Assembly (NCBI GenBank): GCA_964418365.1
Contig: CAYQLM010000004.1
Coordinates: 1 to 55,596, forward strand
Source of the DNA: an uncultured Dehalococcoidia bacterium
GTDB taxonomy: Bacteria > Chloroflexota > Dehalococcoidia > DSTF01 > RBG-16-68-14
Direction: 5' to 3'
DNA length: 55,596 nt
Shown here: piece after piece, positions 35,248 to 43,895 of the stretch
How the letters are laid out: the number at the start of each line of letters is the position of its first letter
Numbering within the stretch: the stretch's first letter is position 1
Position numbers and translations under genes: made by a program
Notes under the pieces: generated by a model
Told to the model about the DNA's origin: nothing
Databases searched by the model: none
What the model saw: only the letters and a program-made list of their open reading frames with translations

Positions 35248-35714
35248 CCCCTTCCCTAAAGGGAAGGGGCAGCCGGTCATCTCTCGCGGCAGTCTGTTAT
35301 CCTTCAACCTGCTCATGTCACACGAAGATATCGTTACCGGCCAGAGGATCTCGAGCGATAAGTTGGAACAGGCGCGAATGTTCCGCCGCGGCCTCACGCG
35401 TGCTGAGCAAATGCTGTGGCAACGGCTCAGAGCCAATCGACTGAATGGATTGCACTTTCGACGACAACAAATCATCGATGGTTTCATCGTGGACTTCTAT
35501 TGCCATGCAGCCGCCCTAGTGGTGGAAGTGGACGGCCCGGTGCATGTGAGTCGTACTGTTGCCGACAGGGAGCGCGACCAGATTCTCAGCGGCCGTGGAC
35601 TCACGGTCTTGCACGTCACAAACGATGACGTCGAACATGACATCGAAAGTGTCTTGCAGCGCATCATCACCGCTGGTCCCCTTCCCTTTAGGGAAGAGGA
35701 CAGGGGATAGGTCG
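35233..35714. mobile_element. DUF559 nuclease cassette bounded by 37-bp terminal inverted repeats
   Basis: Left CGACCTATCCCCTAACCCCTTCCCTAAAGGGAAGGGG (35233-35269) matches the reverse complement of 35678-35714 at 34/37; the interior looks AT-richer than the flanks. Confidence 0.65.
35315..35710 (+). CDS. DUF559 (Vsr-like) endonuclease domain protein
   Basis: T.AE..LWQRLR, FRRQ, FIVDFYC, VVEVDG..H, D.ERD..L...G..VL. Confidence 0.9.
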   Translation: MSHEDIVTGQRISSDKLEQARMFRRGLTRAEQMLWQRLRANRLNGLHFRRQQIIDGFIVDFYCHAAALVVEVDGPVHVSRTVADRERDQILSGRGLTVLHVTNDDVEHDIESVLQRIITAGPLPFREEDRG

Positions 35715-35729
35715 TAGCAGTCCCACGCC

Positions 35730-36476
35730 ATGCCCGTCCCTAAGCTCTACGGCAAGCTCGCGCCGTGGTTCCACCTGCTGACGGCACCCGAGAGCTACGT
35801 GGAAGAAGCCGAGTTCTACCTCAAGACGCTGACGGAAGCGATCGGGCAGAAGCCGAAGACGCTGCTGGAGCTCGGGAGCGGGGGCGGCAACAACGCATCG
35901 CACATGAAGCGGCACGCCGCGATGACGCTGATCGACCTGTCGCCGCAGATGCTCGCGCTCAGCCGCTCGATTAACCCCGAGTGCGAGCACCTGCGCGGCG
36001 ACATGCGCACGGTGCGTCTAGCGCGCGAGTTCGACGCCGCTTTCATCCACGACGCGGTCATGTACATGACAAGCGAAGCCGACCTGCGCGCGGCCATCGA
36101 GACGGCGTTCGCGCACCTGCGGCCGGGCGGCGCCGCGCTGTTCGCGCCCGACTATGTGCGGGAGACCTTCGAGTCGAACGAACACTGCGGCGGCCACGAC
36201 GACGCATCGACCGGCCGTGGGCTGCGCTACCTGGAGTGGACGAGCGACCCTGATCCCGACGACACGCAGTACGACGTCGAGTTCGCCCTCCTGCTCCGTG
36301 ATGGCGACGGCACGCTGCGCCACGAACGCGACCACCACGTCTTCGGCCTCTTCCCCCGCGCGACATGGCTGCAGCTCCTACGCGACGCCGGCTTCCGCGC
36401 GCGCCTCGTGCCCTTCAAGCACAGCGAGCTCCTCGTCGCGGGAGAAGTGTTCGTGGGCGTGAAGCCTGGTCGCTAG
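35730..36476 (+). CDS. Class I SAM-dependent methyltransferase
   Basis: LLELGSGGG, IDLS, GDMR, HDAVMY, LRPGG. Confidence 0.88.
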   Translation: MPVPKLYGKLAPWFHLLTAPESYVEEAEFYLKTLTEAIGQKPKTLLELGSGGGNNASHMKRHAAMTLIDLSPQMLALSRSINPECEHLRGDMRTVRLAREFDAAFIHDAVMYMTSEADLRAAIETAFAHLRPGGAALFAPDYVRETFESNEHCGGHDDASTGRGLRYLEWTSDPDPDDTQYDVEFALLLRDGDGTLRHERDHHVFGLFPRATWLQLLRDAGFRARLVPFKHSELLVAGEVFVGVKPGR

Positions 36477-36567
36477 TTGCTTGTTGCTCGTTGCTGGTAC
36501 TCGCCTCGCCAGTCGCAGGGTTGAGTCGGGAAGAAGCGAACCAGCTACTAGCTACCAGCAACCAACT
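36467..36567. repeat. Inverted pair of heptamer arrays between convergent genes
   Basis: TAGTTGC/TTGTTGC/TCGTTGC/TGGT ... ACCAGCT/ACTAGCT/ACCAGCA/ACCAACT. Confidence 0.7.
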
Positions 36568-36568
36568 C

Positions 36569-37417
36569 CTACCCCTGCCGCTTCAGCTTGCCCGTCCGCT
36601 TCGCGTAGCGCTCCGCCCACGAGAAGCACAGCAGGCTCGCAGGAACTAGGACGACGGCGAAGAGCGCCAGCCAGCCCAGCGTCGGCGCGAGGTCACTGAG
36701 CGACGAGCCGCCGATCATCGCGCCGCGGATGCCGCGCAGGATGTACGTCGCGGGCGAGATGTGCGAGAATACCTGCAGCCACGCCGGCAGCACGGACACC
36801 TCGTAATACACGCCGGAAACCAGCAACAGCGACGCCTGCACCATCATGCTCATCTGCGAGCCTCGCTCCGGGTAGAGCAGCGGCAGCACGCCCGCCAGGA
36901 TCGCCAGCGCCGCGACGCTCACGCTGCCCACGACGGCGACTGACGCCGCGCCCAGCCAGTTCGCGTGCGAGAAGTCGACGTGGAAGAAGAACAGCGCGAT
37001 CGCGAAGATGAGCATCGTGCGCACCGCGCCGTGCAGTACGCCGAAGACCGACATGCCCAGCAAATGCAGCGAACGCGGCACCGGCGCCATCAGCGTGTGC
37101 TCGATCGTGCCCTCCCAGCGCTCCCACTGCACCACCAGGCTGATGTCGTCGAGCACGGCGGAGAGATACGCCCACACCAGCGTTCCGATCAGCAGGAAGA
37201 GCACCAGTCGCTGCGTCTCGTCGTGCGAGGCGGCGCCCTGCTTCCCCACCTGGTTCGCGATCAGCGTCACGGCCAGTGTGTTCACCAGCCCGTAGACCAG
37301 CCAGACCAGCTCCCAGCCCCAGTAGCGCTTCCACAGGTTCGTCTGCCGCTCGATGAACGCCATCGAAAGCGACCACGGCGAGCTGCCGGAGTACCAACGG
37401 GCTTGTACGTTAGCCAT
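36569..37417 (-). CDS. ABC-2 type exporter permease
   Basis: ERWEGTIE..LMAP, VSGVYY....LP.WLQ..S..SP.TY..R. Confidence 0.88.
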   Translation of the reverse strand: MANVQARWYSGSSPWSLSMAFIERQTNLWKRYWGWELVWLVYGLVNTLAVTLIANQVGKQGAASHDETQRLVLFLLIGTLVWAYLSAVLDDISLVVQWERWEGTIEHTLMAPVPRSLHLLGMSVFGVLHGAVRTMLIFAIALFFFHVDFSHANWLGAASVAVVGSVSVAALAILAGVLPLLYPERGSQMSMMVQASLLLVSGVYYEVSVLPAWLQVFSHISPATYILRGIRGAMIGGSSLSDLAPTLGWLALFAVVLVPASLLCFSWAERYAKRTGKLKRQG

Positions 37418-38222
37418 TGACCATCACCTCCTCGTCTTCCTCGAGGCGCTTACCTGTCAGCTCGAGGAAGACGTCCTCCATCGATACCTGCTCGACCGGC
37501 CGGCCGTGCGCGACACGCTCGCGCAGCTCCAGCGGCGTTCCCTCCGCCACGATCACGCCGCCCGCCAGGAACGACAGGCGGTCGCACAGCCGCTCCGCTT
37601 CGTCCATGTCGTGCGTCGTGAGCAAGATCGTCGCATCGTGGTCGGCGCGCACCTGCATGATGAACTGCTGCACGTCGCGCTTGCTCCCCGGGTCGAGGCC
37701 CGTCGTCGGCTCGTCGAGCAGCATCAGTATCGGCGAGCTCAGGAACGCCCGCGCAACGGCGACCTTCTGCTGCTGCCCGCGCGAGAGGTTCGTCATCGGC
37801 TCGCTCAGCCGGCCTTCCATGCCCAGGCGGTCGAGGATCTCAGCAGCCCGGCGCTTGATCTCCTTCGGCTCCAACCCGTACACGCGCGCGAAGAACATCA
37901 GGTTCTCCAGCGCCGACATGTTACGGAAAAACGATGGGTCCGGCGACACGCGGTTGATCAGCCGCCGCACCGGCAGCTCATCGGTTTGGACGTTCAAACC
38001 GAACACGCCGACGTACCCTTCGTCCGGCGTCAGCAGCGTGCTGACCATGCGCACCAGCGTCGACTTGCCGGAACCGTTCGCGCCGATGACGCCGTAGATC
38101 TCGCCGCGCTGCACCCGGAACGAGATGCCCCTGACCGCGGGGACGGGCGGCTTTCGCCGGGGCCACCGGGAGCCGCCAAATGACTTGTGGAGGTTGATCA
38201 CCTCCAGGGCTAGTGAGTTCAA
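37410..38222 (-). CDS. ABC exporter ATP-binding protein (DrrA-like)
   Basis: GANGSGKS, LSRGQQQ, LLDEPTTGLDP, LTTHDMDEAE. Confidence 0.92.
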   Translation of the reverse strand: MNSLALEVINLHKSFGGSRWPRRKPPVPAVRGISFRVQRGEIYGVIGANGSGKSTLVRMVSTLLTPDEGYVGVFGLNVQTDELPVRRLINRVSPDPSFFRNMSALENLMFFARVYGLEPKEIKRRAAEILDRLGMEGRLSEPMTNLSRGQQQKVAVARAFLSSPILMLLDEPTTGLDPGSKRDVQQFIMQVRADHDATILLTTHDMDEAERLCDRLSFLAGGVIVAEGTPLELRERVAHGRPVEQVSMEDVFLELTGKRLEEDEEVMVNG

Positions 38223-38301
38223 GATTGCTGCGCTCCTCTCAGCTCGGTTTCACACTACGAAACGCCTGCGACAGCGGGATGTCAGGTGCGGTGCTGCGGG
38301 G

Positions 38302-38336
38302 AAACAAAAACCCACCATCACCGCTGTGATAGTGGG
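38302..38336 (-). terminator. Attenuator terminator upstream of the ABC exporter
   Basis: Minus strand CCCACTATCAC-AGCG-GTGATGGTGGG-TTTTTGTTT. Confidence 0.8.
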
Positions 38337-38366
38337 TCGGATGCGTGGTGGCCCTTGTGCTCTAAC

Positions 38367-38486
38367 TCAGTGCCTTCGACTCCTCACGGGCGCACTCATC
38401 CCACCCACTACGGGAAGCCCACGCCCATCGATCGGAGGGCGGCGGGTGTTCCCCGCGTTGATGAAGCTACGGACGTTGCTCTGCAT
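38367..38486 (-). CDS. Putative attenuator leader peptide MQSNVRSFINAGNTRRPPIDGRGLPVVGGMSAPVRSRRH
   Basis: GAAAGG SD; directly behind a promoter; contains the antiterminator strand. Confidence 0.62.
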   Translation of the reverse strand: MQSNVRSFINAGNTRRPPIDGRGLPVVGGMSAPVRSRRH

Positions 38487-38513
38487 CGTGCGCCTTTCCA
38501 TTAGGTCTCGGTG

Positions 38514-38591
38514 ATCCTACAGGGCCGAGGGCGGCCCTGTCAAGCAGGCCGCCCTCGGCATCTTGACAGCATTCCAAGGCGGGAGTATGCT
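38514..38591. promoter_or_regulatory. Back-to-back sigma70 promoters
   Basis: Minus: TTGACA(38543-38538)-18-TAGGAT. Plus: TTGACA(38563-38568)-17-TATGCT. Confidence 0.62.
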
Positions 38592-38699
38592 CCGCGACGA
38601 GGCGGAGACATTGTGGTCATTCGGAGCAGCATCTGACCCGTTTCCGATTTGGCTCTGTCTGGCGCGGTGTGCCAACGAAAGAGCGGAGACAGGAAGACG

Positions 38700-40760
38700 T
38701 TGACGACCACGCACCGCTATCTCGCAGCGAGCGTCCTCGCTTTCGCTCTGATCGGCGCTGTGGTCGCCCTTGCCCTCCGCGGACAAGACGGCGTGACTCA
38801 TGCAAGTGGAGTCGATACGCCGACGGACACGTTCACCCCGACGCCGACGAATGCGCCAACCCCGGCGCCGAGCGAGATCATCATCTACGACTCGGCGAAG
38901 CTGCCCGCTGCTGAGGGCTTCGCCCGATCCTATCTCGGCATCCTGGACGCGAATGGGAAGGCATTGCCGAACAACGAGTGCTGTCCCCTCAAGTCGGCGG
39001 ACGGAACTCGCGAGGCCTACGATATGAACGGCGGCAAGGGAACAAAGCTGAAGGACGCGCTTGCTCGGCTCAAGGCTGCCGGCGGCAAATTGACCCTGTT
39101 GACACACGGCCGCACCGGAGGCGGGGCAATTGTTATCGATGGCAAGTTCTATCCGGGATTCACGGGCGGAGTACAGGGCTCGGGCACTGACTTCGCAGGT
39201 GGTGGCATAGAAGCCAATCCCTACGACATCAGCACAGCCGGAGCAAAAACGCAGCTTACGGTCACGCTTGCGTCCTGCTACGCGAAGAAGCGAGCGCCAT
39301 CTTCGACGCGCCACGTGCGCGACTCTTTCAAGATCGCGGTAGAGGACTCGAATGGTTCCGTCACTTCGGTCCTCGCCTCGGACGGCGAGATCAACACTAT
39401 CATTAGGCAGCGCGCCGTGCCGGCAACTGGAGTGACGTGGACGGCGGCGGAGGAAGACAAGATCGATAGGGTCAGCGACCGCTTCCGGTCAGACCAGTTC
39501 CCATTTGCCCAACAATATGAGAGCTTCCAGAAGGCGCTCGACATGGCGGTCAAGGGTAAGGCCGTCGCCCAGATCTGGTACTTCGTGACCATCGATACGA
39601 CTTGGGTAGGCAAGCCCACGCCCACATTCACGCCCGGGCCTGCGCCTACCACGACGCCTACGGTTGTTCCGGCCGACCAGCTTGATCCGGCATGCGCCGG
39701 CGGCTGCGATACGGATCTTCCCTGCAACTTGAGCGGAACGTACGATGCGCGCATTACGCTGGTTCCGAATGAGAACGTCTGCAGCTCAACCGAGTTCGAG
39801 ACCGACACCTGTACCGGGGATGGCTCGTTCATTGACTGCAGGGCCGATCTGACGCATACCACGAGGACCCTGCAGCCCCTGTCCTGGCGTCTCGGCTGCT
39901 ACTCCGATAGCCCTTCGATTGTGATCAACAGCGCCTACCCTGAAGCGAGCGGCAATACAACTTGTCCGCCGGCGCCGGCGACGATGTGCGGTAACGGCTC
40001 GGAAGAAGACGAAAGCCCGCCTGGCTGTGTCGGTGGCGGAGACCCAGCGCGCTGTCCCGATACGCTGCCGCCCGACTGTCCGACCGCAGCGACGTGCCGC
40101 CCCAACCAGTGGGTATTCGCCGCGCTTGATCCGACGAACTACCCCGCGACCGCCAGCGACTCGACGCTGAACTACTACGATGCTAGCGATAACAGCATCC
40201 ACTTCGGCGGCTGCTTTGCCAAACTGAGCCAAGGGTATGGGCCTTACAGCTACGCAACGGGCGTGCTCGATGCTGCAACAATGGAAGGTGCCTTCTCGGC
40301 GACGGTCGGGATCACCGACGACGCCGACTGTCAGAATGGGCCGCCATTTTCGTCTGGAGCGCCAATCGCCGGATCTATCCAACTCGATAAGCTGGCTAGC
40401 AATGTGGACTCTCTGGGAAATCCGCTTCCAGTCGATCAGCTCTACGATGGCGATGGCGACGGCTGCCCGGACAAGAAGGAGCTGGGGAGCAACCCAACGC
40501 AGGGCGGTTTGCGCGATCCGTGGAATCCCTGGGACTTCTTCAATCCCGAAACAGCAAACACGCCACACACGCAGACGGTGGCGGATATCCTGAAGGTCGT
40601 CGCGCAATACGGCAAGAATCAAAGCAACCCGGCGTACACTGCGTGGACGGACCGGACCGTTGTCTACGGCGGCCAGACGTGGAGCTTGGGGCCTCCCGAT
40701 GGGCAGGAAACGGTGGTAGATATTCTTTCAGCCGTGAAGCAGTACAACCATAGCTGCTAA
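38700..40760 (+). CDS. Secreted flexitail-type surface protein (paralog 3) with an extra N-terminal domain
   Basis: Likely TTG start at 38700; signal peptide; PT linkers; RLGCYSDS..CPPA...CG.G module shared with paralog 2; tail DGDGDGCPDKKELG..GGLRDPWN..QTVADIL..KQYNHSC. Confidence 0.8.
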   Translation: MTTTHRYLAASVLAFALIGAVVALALRGQDGVTHASGVDTPTDTFTPTPTNAPTPAPSEIIIYDSAKLPAAEGFARSYLGILDANGKALPNNECCPLKSADGTREAYDMNGGKGTKLKDALARLKAAGGKLTLLTHGRTGGGAIVIDGKFYPGFTGGVQGSGTDFAGGGIEANPYDISTAGAKTQLTVTLASCYAKKRAPSSTRHVRDSFKIAVEDSNGSVTSVLASDGEINTIIRQRAVPATGVTWTAAEEDKIDRVSDRFRSDQFPFAQQYESFQKALDMAVKGKAVAQIWYFVTIDTTWVGKPTPTFTPGPAPTTTPTVVPADQLDPACAGGCDTDLPCNLSGTYDARITLVPNENVCSSTEFETDTCTGDGSFIDCRADLTHTTRTLQPLSWRLGCYSDSPSIVINSAYPEASGNTTCPPAPATMCGNGSEEDESPPGCVGGGDPARCPDTLPPDCPTAATCRPNQWVFAALDPTNYPATASDSTLNYYDASDNSIHFGGCFAKLSQGYGPYSYATGVLDAATMEGAFSATVGITDDADCQNGPPFSSGAPIAGSIQLDKLASNVDSLGNPLPVDQLYDGDGDGCPDKKELGSNPTQGGLRDPWNPWDFFNPETANTPHTQTVADILKVVAQYGKNQSNPAYTAWTDRTVVYGGQTWSLGPPDGQETVVDILSAVKQYNHSC

Positions 40761-41452
40761 GCCAGCCGGCACCCGGCGCGGGGACCGGGCGATTCCGCCG
40801 ATGAGGCCGCGAACGTCATCGTGTAGCCGAGGAAGCGCCGCCGGTGGTCGACCAACTCGAACCCAAAGGCGCGACAGAGGTCCTTCACCGTATCGACGAA
40901 CATGTAGTCGGAGTCGCGCATCGTCTCGAAGAACGAGAGCGGAGCACCCGGCTTGAGCACGCGCCGCAGCTCTGCCAGCGCGGCCGGCCGGTCCGGTATC
41001 TCGCCGAAGACGGCAGCGAGGTACGCGGCGTCAACCGAACGATCGGCCAGTGGCAGCCGCGTCGCATCTGCGGCGACTGGCGCCGCGTTCGCGATGCCTC
41101 GATCGCGCAGACGAGCCTGCAGCAGCGCCAGCATGCCCGGCTGTAGGTCGAGGCACAGCACTCTGCCGTCCGGGCCCACGATGCGTGACGCTTCGATCGT
41201 GAAATAGCCCGGCCCGGGGCCGATCTCCAGCACCGTCTGGCCCGGCTGCAATCGAAATGATTCCAGCATGGGGCGCACAGGGTCCAGCAGCCCTCGAATT
41301 GGCAGCGTAAGGCCGCCGGCCTGGCTCACAGGGATCGGGCCGCCGCGTCCCTCGCGCTCGCGGAACCACAGTCTCGAGAACACGATGGCGGCGATCGACA
41401 GCACCGTCCAGCCGGCGCAGAAGAACAACAGCAGCCGTATCGCGAGGTCCAT
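40757..41452 (-). CDS. SAM-dependent methyltransferase (UbiE-like) with N-terminal TM
   Basis: VLEIGPGPG, LDLQPGML, ADATRLP, ELRRVLKPG. Confidence 0.88.
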   Translation of the reverse strand: MDLAIRLLLFFCAGWTVLSIAAIVFSRLWFREREGRGGPIPVSQAGGLTLPIRGLLDPVRPMLESFRLQPGQTVLEIGPGPGYFTIEASRIVGPDGRVLCLDLQPGMLALLQARLRDRGIANAAPVAADATRLPLADRSVDAAYLAAVFGEIPDRPAALAELRRVLKPGAPLSFFETMRDSDYMFVDTVKDLCRAFGFELVDHRRRFLGYTMTFAASSAESPGPRAGCRLA

Positions 41453-41478
41453 GCCGCATCGATCCTACGATCCGACGG

Positions 41479-41585
41479 TCAGACCTGTAAAGTCTTCGCC
41501 ATCGCCTTGATGCCCCACTCCTTGGCCCGCTCGCGCACGAAGCGGTACTGGAACGACTGCCGGAGCGCCTCCGGGAACTCGTCGA
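41479..41585 (-). pseudogene. Orphan 3' fragment of the GNAT gene at 42775-43251
   Basis: 41494-41585 matches 42805-42896 at 88/92 nt and ends ..EWGIKAMAKTLQV*. Confidence 0.8.
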
Positions 41586-41611
41586 GCGTCACTTCAGTCG
41601 CGTGTCGCTGG

Positions 41612-41640
41612 TTGACAACGGACGGAGATGCCTCTAGCAT
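41612..41640 (+). promoter_or_regulatory. Sigma70-type promoter
   Basis: TTGACA-17nt-TAGCAT. Confidence 0.6.
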
Positions 41641-41667
41641 ACGCCTCGCAGGGACTTTGGGAGAGGC

Positions 41668-42804
41668 ATGAAACGGCTTCCACTGGCGCTCAGCTTGGGC
41701 CTATTGGCGGTAGCGGCCTTCGTTGCGGCGTGCGGCGGAGAGAAATCGTCCACGCCTGCAAGGACGGCGCCGGCCTCGCCCCGAGCTGCGTCGACTGCGA
41801 ACGGAGGGCGGGCGAACCTCCCTATTGTGGCCGACCAAGACGGCGTCTTCCAGTTGAACGTTGACGGTACCGACCTTGTGCGGTTCTCCGATCAGCCCAA
41901 CGTGTACCCGTCCCCTGACGGCAGCCGCGTAGCGTCCGTTCGGCCTGACCAGAGTGGTTCCACGGAAGTCGCACTGTGGCTGTCCGATGCAGACGGATCC
42001 AACGCCGTCCAGGTAGCTTCCGTTGCCAAGCAGAACACTGCAAAGCCCTCCTGGTCGCCCGATGGCGCCATGCTCGTCGTGGGGAGCGCGACGGACGGAA
42101 CCCTACTGATCGTGAACGCCGATGCGACCGGCCTGCGTGAGTTCGCGGTCGGGGCTGCGGAGTATCCCGCAACCACGTGGTCTCCGGACGGCACGAAGAT
42201 CGCGTTCGTCCCCCGGAGCACGCAGCAGGGGTCCGGACCGCGGCTCGCCGTCCTGGACATCGAGAGCGGTACGGCCGAAACGATCGTCAGCGCGGACATC
42301 CAGCCAGGGGAGATTTCCTGGTCAGGCGATGGGGAAAGGCTGGCGTTCATTGGGGCCACAGGCAACTTCGCCGGGGCCGAAGGCGACATCGTGTTTGTCG
42401 TCAACAGCGATGGCACAGCGCTCAAGCGACTTACGAACGGTGACAGCCCGGCGCTTTCACCGGATGGCCGGTACCTCCTGGTCGGCCGCGGCCCCAGCCA
42501 GCTCGGGGAGGCATCAGCTCTGGTCAGGGTGGACGTGGCGACGCTCGAGGAGACGGTGCTCTACGCATGGCAAGCGAGCACGACGACGGCGGGCTCTAGG
42601 TCGGCCTGGTCTCCCGACGGCGAGAAGATCGCCTTCATCGCCGAGCCGGACGACGCCTTTGGCATTGCCATCTACGTCATGAACGCGGACGGCTCAGGGC
42701 TCTACCAGCTGTTCAAATCGTTCGGCAACATCGTGGATGACCTGGGCTGGGTCAGCGACGAGCGGATCGCGTTCTCAACCGGGTGCCAGGGATGTAGCGA
42801 TTAG
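41668..42804 (+). CDS. TolB-like (PD40) beta-propeller lipoprotein
   Basis: Lipobox VAAC; repeated WSPDG..IAF and IYVMNADGSG. Confidence 0.85.
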   Translation: MKRLPLALSLGLLAVAAFVAACGGEKSSTPARTAPASPRAASTANGGRANLPIVADQDGVFQLNVDGTDLVRFSDQPNVYPSPDGSRVASVRPDQSGSTEVALWLSDADGSNAVQVASVAKQNTAKPSWSPDGAMLVVGSATDGTLLIVNADATGLREFAVGAAEYPATTWSPDGTKIAFVPRSTQQGSGPRLAVLDIESGTAETIVSADIQPGEISWSGDGERLAFIGATGNFAGAEGDIVFVVNSDGTALKRLTNGDSPALSPDGRYLLVGRGPSQLGEASALVRVDVATLEETVLYAWQASTTTAGSRSAWSPDGEKIAFIAEPDDAFGIAIYVMNADGSGLYQLFKSFGNIVDDLGWVSDERIAFSTGCQGCSD

Positions 42805-43251
42805 CTTCGCCATCGCCTTGATGCCCCACTCGTTGCCCCGCTGGCGCACGAAGCGGTACTGGAACGACTGCCGGAGCGCCTCCGGAAACTCGTCGATGTC
42901 CGCATCTCGGTAGCCGAAGCGCAGATAGAAGTCGTGCGCGCCAACCGTGAACAAGAAGAGCTGCGTGATGCCAAGCGAAGTGGCGTGCGCCTCCACCCAT
43001 TCGAGCACCGCGCTGCCGATATCTTGACCGCGCAGCGCCTCATCGACGGCCATCGAGCGGATAAGCGCCGCGCCAGCCTCGGGGCTCGCCTCCAGCCCGC
43101 CGCAGGCGACGATGCCGCCATCGAGCTCGCCGACGATGAAGTGATCGATGTGCTGCTCCAGCTCGGCGGCGGGGAGATGCGCCGCCTCGAGGAGCGCGGT
43201 GATCGCCTGCATGTCTTCGGCTGTCGCAGGGCGAAGCGCGGGTCCGGCCAT
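42775..43251 (-). CDS. GNAT acetyltransferase (ArgA/ArsN2-like)
   Basis: IVACGGLE, ALIRSMAV...RGQDIGS, LFLFT..A.DFY.RFGY. Confidence 0.85.
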   Translation of the reverse strand: MAGPALRPATAEDMQAITALLEAAHLPAAELEQHIDHFIVGELDGGIVACGGLEASPEAGAALIRSMAVDEALRGQDIGSAVLEWVEAHATSLGITQLFLFTVGAHDFYLRFGYRDADIDEFPEALRQSFQYRFVRQRGNEWGIKAMAKLIATSLAPG

Positions 43252-43293
43252 GCCTGAATCGTAGCGGAAGGATGCGAACGGGGCGCGAGCGGC

Positions 43294-43830
43294 CTAACGA
43301 GTCCGCCTTGCGTACAACGTGGCTGCCCCGCCAACGAACATCGCAACCAGCGCGGCGAGGGCGATCGACGCGGTCCGCGGCTGTCCGTCGCGGGACGATG
43401 GCGCATCGACCGGCGACAGCCGGGCAGCACTCGGCAGCTCTGCGATCCCGCCGACTGCCGCCGCAACGTGGCCGATATCCACGGCGCAGAGCAGATCGGT
43501 AGTCGCGTCACACAGGTAAGTTCCTGTGTTGAGCAGGTATCCCGGGGGCGGCACCGTCTCGTGGACCATGTAGCTGCCTGGCACGCCTGTCTCGTACACA
43601 ATAACGCCCTGCTGCGAAGAGACGTCCCCCTGGCCGTTGTCGCACACCGGGGGGTGGCCGGTGACCTGAACGCAGCCGCCCCCGATCAGGTTGAGGTTCG
43701 CGGAATCACGCATCAAGACCGTGACGTTACCCGCGCCACCCGCCGCGGCGCCGCCGGGCCCGGACGCGACCGCGATCAGCGCCAGCAGCCCGGCAGCGAA
43801 TCGCCACGCAGTAGGTACTAGTCTCCTCAT
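43294..43830 (-). CDS. Small secreted protein with C-terminal membrane anchor
   Basis: Start MRRLVPT; signal peptide; prealbumin/SpaA-like PGSY.V.ET.PP.GY; AVGGIAELP, then TM helix and basic tail YARRTR. Confidence 0.7.
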   Translation of the reverse strand: MRRLVPTAWRFAAGLLALIAVASGPGGAAAGGAGNVTVLMRDSANLNLIGGGCVQVTGHPPVCDNGQGDVSSQQGVIVYETGVPGSYMVHETVPPPGYLLNTGTYLCDATTDLLCAVDIGHVAAAVGGIAELPSAARLSPVDAPSSRDGQPRTASIALAALVAMFVGGAATLYARRTR

Positions 43831-43895
43831 GGCCCCGCGAGGCCAGGATACGCGATTGCGCAGAGTTGTCAAGCTGCTTCCGGCTGTCCTCGAGC

